DNA from: an uncultured archaeon
GTDB lineage: Archaea > Asgardarchaeota > Lokiarchaeia > Sigyniarchaeales > SOKP01
Direction of reading: 5' to 3'
Length of the DNA stretch: 16,882 bases
Assembly: GCA_964447495.1 (NCBI GenBank)
Contig: CAYUTF010000058.1
Coordinates: forward strand, 1 to 16,882
The translations under genes were made by a program, and so were the position numbers. Below are positions 1 through 7,307 of this stretch, piece after piece. Each line of letters starts with the position of its first letter. Positions within the stretch are counted from its first letter, which is position 1. Under the pieces are notes generated by a model. The model was not told the origin of the DNA. It saw only the letters and a program-made list of their open reading frames with translations, and made no database searches.

Positions 1-2
1 TT

Positions 3-1082
3 CCCAAAGAGCACTCTCTTTCAATATATTTTCATGGAATTGACGGTATTGCCTGCAGAGTTCTTAATGCATCTCCTTCCAAACAGATACTTCTTCTAAT
101 TCCTTTTAGGGTATCTACATCACAAGAAAAAATTATTGTCACCGAAAACTCTATCAATTCCAGCAGGAGTAGTGCCTCTCCAATATCCATTACCCCCATT
201 TTGAAAATATGTGACACCATTTTAGAGGGTTTTTTGACTAGTGGAGGATTTTGTGACTCTCTTTCCCATTTACTACAATTAGATCTACACATCCAAAAGA
301 CATCCTCAAAAAAGCATCTCTCTCTAATTTCAGGTACAACTAGATATGTAATCCGTGTTGAACCACTTTTTGTTTTACAGAATGTACCAGGATTTAAAGA
401 AAAATCTATTTTATTTGCGTATCAGAGGCAAAATAACCTCCATGTAATTAGTATGAGTCAATTAGAACGCTATCTCGCATTTTTAGAAAAGAAATTATTT
501 TTTATTGAAAATTTTGCTCTTTCATATCGCGAACAATTCAATAGCGAGTTATTAAAAAACAAACGAAATCAAAACATTCGCAAGTTAAGTTATCCATTTA
601 TTACGTTTGGAATTGTATTTGGATTCATTTTAGCATCAGGATTATACGATTTTCTTAAAATATTTATCACATTAGGTTATGCAAGTATCGTTGTTTATAT
701 TGTCGGGTTAATTTTCCTCTTTCTACAATATCAGAAAGTGAATTCTAAAGTAACTGACCAATTTATAACAACTCATTATCAAGGATCACTTAGCTTTGAT
801 GAAGCAGACTTAACTTTAATTAGAGAAGAACTTTCCATTGATGAGATGGTCCAGTTTAGTTATGAGTGTTTTGGAAAAAACCCCACTTATAAAATTCTTG
901 AAAAAATAGAAAAAGAACAAATTGAGAAGCTATCTATCCCAAAAAAACCATCGAAAGAAATATTACAAGTATTTGAGACTTCAGCTTTATCTTCAATTAA
1001 ATCTACTAAGAATGAGAGTCAAAAATTGCAACAAAAAGATCATACTCTCATACAAAAATATAGTACCTTCCTTGATGATTAA
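3..1082 (+). CDS. 5'-truncated hypothetical membrane protein with a soluble alpha/beta domain (possibly degenerate PD-(D/E)xK/NERD-like) and a TM hairpin in its C-terminal half
   Basis: The frame of the listed 201..1082 ORF stays open back to nt 3 (PKEHSLSIYFHGIDGIACRVLNASPSKQILLLIPFRV...), so the TTG at 201 is probably not the start. Two hydrophobic helices are present: YPFITFGIVFGFILASGLY and IFITLGYASIVVYIVGLIFLFL. Confidence 0.8.
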   Translation, partial: PKEHSLSIYFHGIDGIACRVLNASPSKQILLLIPFRVSTSQEKIIVTENSINSSRSSASPISITPILKICDTILEGFLTSGGFCDSLSHLLQLDLHIQKTSSKKHLSLISGTTRYVIRVEPLFVLQNVPGFKEKSILFAYQRQNNLHVISMSQLERYLAFLEKKLFFIENFALSYREQFNSELLKNKRNQNIRKLSYPFITFGIVFGFILASGLYDFLKIFITLGYASIVVYIVGLIFLFLQYQKVNSKVTDQFITTHYQGSLSFDEADLTLIREELSIDEMVQFSYECFGKNPTYKILEKIEKEQIEKLSIPKKPSKEILQVFETSALSSIKSTKNESQKLQQKDHTLIQKYSTFLDD

Positions 1083-1128
1083 GTTACTTATTTTTTATCC
1101 TAATTTTTTCTTTAAAAATGATTAAAAT

Positions 1129-1908
1129 ATGTATACTATAAAAAATAATGGTATTGTCATGAATCTTAAGTCCGGGTTTAAAGGATTATTTATACTTGGT
1201 ATTTGTCTATCCTTTCTCTCGCTCTTTTTTGAATGGTATTCTTTTCAAGCGCGAGATTTGGAAGGTAACTTAGTTGTATTTTGGAATCTTTATTTATTTA
1301 TGGGATGGAATACAATATTTCCGCCAAATTCATGGTTTAATGTGGTATTCATGCCAAATGGAGACACTGTGCCGTTTGTAATGAATGTTATCTATATTGG
1401 GATAATGCTTATTAGTGTATACTCTGTAATTTTTTCAGATTTAGAATATTCTGATAATTTAGAGAAGGGTAAAAAGTATGCTTATGTTCATATTTTATTA
1501 TTATCACTTAGTGGATTTTATATTTGTATAGTTCCAATTTATTATTTGGTTTCTCAAGAATTATTTTTTCCTTATCTTGTCTATATGGATTTCGAATTGG
1601 AAGTCACCTTTTACTATTCAATTGCTGTGGGATATATCTTGCAATGCGTTGCATTTAGTGCTATGTTTCCTTATTCAATTTACTATTATTTTACCACAAC
1701 ACATTTCAATAACCAAAATAACACTAGCGAGACAGTTCTTCAGACTATAATTACACAAGTGCAGGAGTCACTGGATTTTGATAAGCTTATTGCTGAAGAA
1801 AAAGTTAAATTACAGCTTGAACCCGAAGAAAAAAAGACTATAGTGCATCAGGAAGAAGAAGTCAACCAAATTTATAATCAATTTTTAGAAACAAGGCGGG
1901 TAAAATGA
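1129..1908 (+). CDS. Four-TM membrane protein with claudin/PMP22-like topology and a charged helical C-terminal tail
   Basis: 259-aa ORF with four hydrophobic segments. W follows TM1 (FFEWY), then a beta-like loop ending LFMGW. The last TM begins YSIAVGYIL. Alternative ATG at 1159. The stop overlaps the next start (ATGA at 1905-1908). Confidence 0.8.
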   Translation: MYTIKNNGIVMNLKSGFKGLFILGICLSFLSLFFEWYSFQARDLEGNLVVFWNLYLFMGWNTIFPPNSWFNVVFMPNGDTVPFVMNVIYIGIMLISVYSVIFSDLEYSDNLEKGKKYAYVHILLLSLSGFYICIVPIYYLVSQELFFPYLVYMDFELEVTFYYSIAVGYILQCVAFSAMFPYSIYYYFTTTHFNNQNNTSETVLQTIITQVQESLDFDKLIAEEKVKLQLEPEEKKTIVHQEEEVNQIYNQFLETRRVK

Positions 1909-2756
1909 ATCAGCATCTTATTGATTTAAAGTTAAAGAAATTAATTGAGTTATGTTCTGAAACATTAAATTATAAGAAGATCGCGGTAGTAGGTTTTATC
2001 CTTCTGAGTAATAGGGTAGATGAGATTGGAGTACGATTCGGGATTAAGCCTCGTAATAAGGAAAAAGGTGAAAAAATATTCGAATATATGAACATAATTA
2101 ATGAAATACTCAATATTAACTTCAATATTCCTTTATTTAAAGAATCTATGATAGAAGATATATGTACCATTGAACTGCTCTTCCTTCGTAAGAGGGGAGA
2201 TATTTCATTACCATATATTAAGGATATTCTCACAATTTATTATGATTTAAGAAGTATAGATATTCCTGATGTATTCCAAGTTATCTCAAAAGATCAAATG
2301 TTTCAAGGTTCTTCCCTTAAAGTGTTATCTTTTTTTTCAGGTAAAAACAATGAGATAAAAGGAGGGAAAATGCGCCCTCTCATATTACAAAAGCTTAGAG
2401 AGGAGGAACGTCAAGCAGAAATGAGTTTAGCTCAACAATTTGATCGCACTACTTTTGAGAGAACATTACAATTAAAAACTATTAGGCAATCTATAGAAAA
2501 TCAGCGTTCTGGTAAGATTAGAATACAAGGGGCTCTAAAAGATAACATAAATTATATTCGCTCAAAAGAAAATATCCTTTATTACCTTATTATTGGTTGG
2601 CTTCTATTATTTATAATGTTAGGAGCAATTATTATTTTTGAATCTATAATATATCCTGAAATCACAGTAGGAGTAAGTCCCTACCTACTTTTAGTTTTTG
2701 GACCATGTCTCTTCCTGATATTAGTATATAGATTCTATAAAAGAATTAGAAGGTGA
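1905..2756 (+). CDS. Hypothetical membrane protein: helical N-terminal domain, helical middle, C-terminal TM hairpin
   Basis: 283-aa ORF, translationally coupled to the upstream gene by an ATGA overlap. TMs are ILYYLIIGWLLLFIMLGAIIIF and VGVSPYLLLVFGPCLFLILVY, followed by a basic tail RFYKRIRR. Confidence 0.85.
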   Translation: MNQHLIDLKLKKLIELCSETLNYKKIAVVGFILLSNRVDEIGVRFGIKPRNKEKGEKIFEYMNIINEILNINFNIPLFKESMIEDICTIELLFLRKRGDISLPYIKDILTIYYDLRSIDIPDVFQVISKDQMFQGSSLKVLSFFSGKNNEIKGGKMRPLILQKLREEERQAEMSLAQQFDRTTFERTLQLKTIRQSIENQRSGKIRIQGALKDNINYIRSKENILYYLIIGWLLLFIMLGAIIIFESIIYPEITVGVSPYLLLVFGPCLFLILVYRFYKRIRR

Positions 2757-2763
2757 GAATATT

Positions 2764-5700
2764 ATGACAAAAAATTACTCAGAAATATTAAACAAACAAG
2801 GAGCTTTTTCCCCTAAAAATAATGTCGAAAAAGATTCTCAATACCAATTTCTTAATATATGGGAAGAAGATATTCCATCCTTTAAGGATATAAGAACTTC
2901 TATACTGAAATCTGGTATTTTCATGTTGTTAGGTATTGTCTACCTAATTACAATGTTCTTAATTTCTAAAAACTTAATGGTTGCTATTGGAGTTATGTTG
3001 GGATATTTCCTCTTTTTTATTATAATTTTCCGAGATAAATTCGATAATTTAAAGCGACTTTTCCATTTTAGAAGCTATAATTCATTTCGAAATTTCGAAT
3101 TTTGGCAATTTCAAGGTGATACCTCAATAGTTTTAATAAGAAATCGCTATGAATACACTACTACAGCACTAAGAATTTTGCAGGTTGAAATTCTCCCTGA
3201 AAATGTCAAAGGTAATCTGAAAAAGTTAATTAAAGCATTAGCAATAGCTTATATCCCATTTACTTATCAAATTGTTCAGAAACCACTACTTTCTTCACTA
3301 AATGACGAATCATCTTTTCAATATGAATCAAATAGATTCAAAACCCTAATTTATTTCACAATTTTTTATGATCTCCAAGGATCAATAACTTCTCAGAAAT
3401 TTCAAACCTTTATCGATAAGCTAAATTCATATACAATCTCTTTAAAGAACAACCTTCATTCAAATTTTCATCATTATAGAGTAGTTGATCTCAAGGATAC
3501 AGCTTTAATTGATGCTTTAAGAACCTCATTTCTAAAGAAAGAACCAAAAAATGAAAGAAATCAAGAAAAAACGTCTCAAGAGGCAAATAAGTATAGGAAA
3601 AAAAAAAATGCTTTACGATTAGCAATTAAAATTATCTTTATCCTAATACTTGTTTTCACTGCTGATGCATTACTTGCTAAATTGCAAGTGAATCTTTTTT
3701 TGCGTGTAACATTCTTTGGAATCTTTATTGGCTTAATTATTTCCCAGTGGTGCTATGAATTACTTGAAGTCATCACATTAAGGAAATCTATATTATTTAA
3801 ATCTGATAAATTTCGATATTTTGACCTATTTGAGGGAATTTCCTTTTATAAAGTAACTGGATCAAAAAATACACTTTTCTTTCAAGGAAATAATTCTATT
3901 TTAGGGGGTATGAAACAACTCCATCTCACATTTGCTATTGCGCCTCTGATTTCTGCTCCTAATAAATTTTATCAAGCTCTAATCGAAGCAGGAATCCCCT
4001 TTACTTACACTATACAATGTTTACCGACTTCATTCTATAATTTCGAGAAAAAATGTAGGAAATATCTTAAAATTCGTGAGCAAAAAAGAATCTTAAAAAA
4101 AGTCTTATCTACTGCTAATGAAAATAATTGGCTTCAAATGAGAGGCGGTATTTGGAGAGTTATGTTGACATTATCAACTTCTTATGCTGAATTCTCCCAG
4201 GATATTACAATCGATCGTTTAGAAATGATAGAATCAGTCCTTAATACAAACATAGAAATTGCGAAAAATGCATTTATATCAAACTTCCCAAACTGTAATT
4301 TGGAGCTCCTTCAATCTAAAAGTTTAGAATCGGGAGTTCTTTTTGAAGCGTTTAAAAACAATAGATTTACGAGATATGGGACCCATTTAAATAGTATAGT
4401 ACTTCAAGGTTATGACTTAATCTCATTAACATGGTTAGCCGATGAATTTAAAAAAGGGATAGAAACCAAAATTGCCGCAGAGTTTAATAGTCCTCTCCAT
4501 CTAGAGAACTTTATTACTATTGGCTATACCATTAATACAGAAACACTAACCCGAGAGATCCCAGCAGGATTTATGAAATCTCAACTGGATAATCTTCTAA
4601 TTACCAATGGTCGATCGGAACAGCAGCACCTTCTTGTTATGCGAATTGTGAGGGAGTTAGTAACAAAAGGTTATCCTTCACTGATATTTGATTTCACAGG
4701 AGAATGGTCGCGTATAATTCGAAGTTTTCAAGGAACTAATCTCGAGGATTCATTCCTCTATTATAAAATCGGAAAAACCTTCAATCTGGACTTAATACAT
4801 TCTGGAATTCCCTATGATCAAAATAATATCGATTACTTGGATTATATGTTTGAAGCCTATGCCAACTGTTTTAAAAAAGATGATCGCACTATTGAAATAT
4901 TTAAAAATTCGCTTAAACGTTCCTTAGATGCAGGAGAGGACCTATCAACCAGTACAATAGCCTTGGATTTGCTGAGCAAACCAGATTGGAAAAAAAGGGA
5001 AGAATCTGCAATCAATTCGGTAATCAATTTCTTCCATGAGTTTTCTAGAGACGAGCTAAATTTCTTCCACATATATTCTGAGACTTCCACTTCCCAAAAT
5101 CTTATTAATGATATTTTAACCAGTAAACAAACTAATATAATTGACCTATCCCAACCAAGTAGTCTAGAAAAAAAGGCTTTTCTTATGTTTGTAATACTTG
5201 CTAAATGTATCCATTATATCAAAAATAATCAAGATTTCAATGCGAAATTCCTTATCTTACCCCATATTGATGTGATATTCGACGCATTCTTTTTAGATAA
5301 AAATATGCGCTATGGGAGAATCAATAAATTTTTCGATCCTTTACGAAACGCCGATTTTGGGCTTATCTGTATGGCCTCCCAAGCACGATATCTCCATTCC
5401 AATCTATTTACTGATTTCGATAATATAATCTGTTTTAAAGCGACGGATAGCCGAGATATAGCGATCTTAAAAAACACGATGGGTTTGGACACAGTGCATG
5501 GTACAGGTATTTACAGCAAAACTAGGAATGAATCCTATCAAGTTAAATATCTTATGAGTATGCGATCTAAGGATGCATTGATGAAGCGAGATGATATCTA
5601 TCAACCTTTTCCTATAGAAGCGGATTGGGGTGTATTTGAAAACTCACCAGTAATGACGTGGGTGGAGATTATTTCTTATATGAGACAACAAGGCTATGAT

Positions 5701-6573
5701 TTAGAATTTGCAGAAAGAAAGTTACTGGCTCAAGCAAAAAAAACAGTTTTCGAAAAAGATTTTGGGAATTATAGTACTTTCATTGATGAAATCATAGCTT
5801 TTTTGGGAGATTTACGGACTATGGATCAAATTGGAAATATATATGCCGAAACTATTAAGAAAGAGCTTAAAATTCGGTTGAATTTCAAACTTTCTAAACT
5901 TACGCAAAACAAAAAGCAAAAGAAACAAATCCGAGACGATATATTTCAAATCCTTCTTCAACATGAATATTTAAAAGAACACCATCCCGCACAAGCAAGT
6001 GGTTCTGAATCGATTCGCACCTCCTATTATGTAGGACCACAATTTGATAAAGCCTTAGAGGACTATATTCAAGTCAAAAAGCAGATTTCCCCTACGGTAG
6101 AGGTAATCCAGCAACAATCGGATGGTGTGATTCTACCTGACAATCCCATTTCCGACCGTTCATTACTCTCTAAAACTACTCTCGATTCTCATAAACTACA
6201 AGAAGTAATAGCAAAGGAAATCGGGGAAACATTATTTTTCGATCTTTTTGAAATCTATAAAGCAATCAACCACAAGGACTATCGGACAGGACTTGAAAAA
6301 GCCCAAGAGTATCTCACACACTTTATCTTTCAAGTTTATAATGAGTATTACGATGTAGATTATGTTATTACTAAAAGCGATTTAGAACGGTTTATTTCTG
6401 ATTTAACCCATTCTAAGGGATTTCCGTTCAGTTATGACGAGTTTAAGAAGTACATGAATCTATGTGAAAGTATATGCTTTACCGAAGACAATTTGGAAGA
6501 GACTATTCAAACCATCTATACCCAGTTGGAAATGATTCATAATAAAATCAAAAATTACATTTATTCGAATTAA
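2764..6573 (+). CDS. Membrane-anchored HerA/VirB4/TraD-superfamily (FtsK-HerA) protein with degenerate Walker motifs (probable pseudo-ATPase)
   Basis: 1269 aa with two TM hairpins. HerA/VirB4 landmarks occur in the canonical order: NLLITNGRSEQQH (aa 610-622, Walker A position), LIFDFTGEW (640-648), IIDLS (792-796), FLILPHID (829-836, Walker B position), LRNADFGLICMASQ (860-873), then NIICFK...DIAILKNTMGL. Confidence 0.8.
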   Translation: MTKNYSEILNKQGAFSPKNNVEKDSQYQFLNIWEEDIPSFKDIRTSILKSGIFMLLGIVYLITMFLISKNLMVAIGVMLGYFLFFIIIFRDKFDNLKRLFHFRSYNSFRNFEFWQFQGDTSIVLIRNRYEYTTTALRILQVEILPENVKGNLKKLIKALAIAYIPFTYQIVQKPLLSSLNDESSFQYESNRFKTLIYFTIFYDLQGSITSQKFQTFIDKLNSYTISLKNNLHSNFHHYRVVDLKDTALIDALRTSFLKKEPKNERNQEKTSQEANKYRKKKNALRLAIKIIFILILVFTADALLAKLQVNLFLRVTFFGIFIGLIISQWCYELLEVITLRKSILFKSDKFRYFDLFEGISFYKVTGSKNTLFFQGNNSILGGMKQLHLTFAIAPLISAPNKFYQALIEAGIPFTYTIQCLPTSFYNFEKKCRKYLKIREQKRILKKVLSTANENNWLQMRGGIWRVMLTLSTSYAEFSQDITIDRLEMIESVLNTNIEIAKNAFISNFPNCNLELLQSKSLESGVLFEAFKNNRFTRYGTHLNSIVLQGYDLISLTWLADEFKKGIETKIAAEFNSPLHLENFITIGYTINTETLTREIPAGFMKSQLDNLLITNGRSEQQHLLVMRIVRELVTKGYPSLIFDFTGEWSRIIRSFQGTNLEDSFLYYKIGKTFNLDLIHSGIPYDQNNIDYLDYMFEAYANCFKKDDRTIEIFKNSLKRSLDAGEDLSTSTIALDLLSKPDWKKREESAINSVINFFHEFSRDELNFFHIYSETSTSQNLINDILTSKQTNIIDLSQPSSLEKKAFLMFVILAKCIHYIKNNQDFNAKFLILPHIDVIFDAFFLDKNMRYGRINKFFDPLRNADFGLICMASQARYLHSNLFTDFDNIICFKATDSRDIAILKNTMGLDTVHGTGIYSKTRNESYQVKYLMSMRSKDALMKRDDIYQPFPIEADWGVFENSPVMTWVEIISYMRQQGYDLEFAERKLLAQAKKTVFEKDFGNYSTFIDEIIAFLGDLRTMDQIGNIYAETIKKELKIRLNFKLSKLTQNKKQKKQIRDDIFQILLQHEYLKEHHPAQASGSESIRTSYYVGPQFDKALEDYIQVKKQISPTVEVIQQQSDGVILPDNPISDRSLLSKTTLDSHKLQEVIAKEIGETLFFDLFEIYKAINHKDYRTGLEKAQEYLTHFIFQVYNEYYDVDYVITKSDLERFISDLTHSKGFPFSYDEFKKYMNLCESICFTEDNLEETIQTIYTQLEMIHNKIKNYIYSN

Positions 6574-6584
6574 TAAAGAGATTT

Positions 6585-6950
6585 ATGCTTATTATGACAG
6601 TTATGGATGAAATTGATCAGCTCACAGATGCCTTGGAAAAGTTAATTTTTCATAAAGATGAACTAAGAGAGATAGGAAAATCAATCACTCAACTAAAAGA
6701 TGGTACATGCACTCCTGAAAAGTTAAAAACCAAATTATTGGAATCACGCATACGAATGTTTAATGATATCGTTGAATTTATGAAATTTTTTTTCACACAC
6801 ATTGATTCAAATGAGTCAGAAGAACCATTACCTCAATATCTTAGGAAAGATCTTAAAGAAAAGAATTCTTTACTAACCGAAATAGCAAAAAGATTACTAA
6901 CCATAACTTTGGAAAAGAAAATTGGCAAAAATAATAATATAAAAAAATAA
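6585..6950 (+). CDS. Small helical soluble hypothetical protein, last gene of the run
   Basis: 121-aa ORF starting 11 nt after the previous stop, with amphipathic helical composition. Alternative in-frame ATGs at 6594 and 6603. Confidence 0.7.
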   Translation: MLIMTVMDEIDQLTDALEKLIFHKDELREIGKSITQLKDGTCTPEKLKTKLLESRIRMFNDIVEFMKFFFTHIDSNESEEPLPQYLRKDLKEKNSLLTEIAKRLLTITLEKKIGKNNNIKK

Positions 6951-6954
6951 AATT

Positions 6955-7095
6955 TTAGTTAATATCGTCGATATATTTTAACCATTCATCCCATAAACTG
7001 GGCTCAGAATAATGATTCTGGACACATTTCTGTAAACTATAAGAGCAATCCCTATAAGTATCATCTTTTTCATAGTTTTTATCATCAAAATACAT
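6955..7095 (-). CDS. Unannotated 46-aa acidic small protein MYFDDKNYEKDDTYRDCSYSLQKCVQNHYSEPSLWDEWLKYIDDIN
   Basis: Read manually: ATG at 7095-7093, TAA at 6957-6955. GAGGT lies 7 nt upstream (GCAGAGGTATTTTGAATG). The ORF ends 4 nt from the convergent gene's stop. It is too short to appear in the ORF track. Confidence 0.65.
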   Translation of the reverse strand: MYFDDKNYEKDDTYRDCSYSLQKCVQNHYSEPSLWDEWLKYIDDIN

Positions 7096-7249
7096 TCAAA
7101 ATACCTCTGCAACTTGTTAATTATAGATAAAAGCGCTAATTGATGAATCTATTTAAAGAAAAAATCTAAAAATCATTCTGTAAACTTAAAATCTTTTATA
7201 TTTGGACAAGATTAATGGTTCAATTTCTAGACAGAAAAGTAATTTTTTC

Positions 7250-7257
7250 TTTATATA
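7250..7257 (+). promoter_or_regulatory. Candidate archaeal TATA box for the GNAT gene at 7308
   Basis: TTTATATA matches the TTTAWAWA consensus about 50 nt upstream of the ATG. The AT-rich background weakens the call. Confidence 0.4.
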
Positions 7258-7307
7258 GATTAACGAATTTAGACTTTTCACAATCAGTACTATGAAATGG
7301 ATATTAT

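Noticed and set aside
201-203. TTG start assigned to the first gene
   Set aside because: The reading frame is open to the window edge, so the gene most likely starts upstream.
32-5492. Short ORF-track entries 32..292(-), 922..1125(+), 1970..2233(-), 4857..5090(-), 5310..5492(-)
   Set aside because: They are shadow or alternate-frame ORFs overlapping longer, well-supported genes, with no recognisable motifs.
3-6950. Calling the gene run a conjugative element, a HerA-NurA repair locus or a known HerA defence system
   Set aside because: No relaxase, integrase, att site, NurA/Mre11/Rad50 or SIR2-type partner is visible, and the ATPase motifs are degenerate.
6962-7186. Small palindromes ATATCG-T-CGATAT (6962-6974) and CAGAAT-AATG-ATTCTG (7005-7020), and the 11-mer repeat TTCTGTAAACT (7028, 7176)
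   Set aside because: Short, AT-rich and mostly inside the small ORF; compatible with chance.
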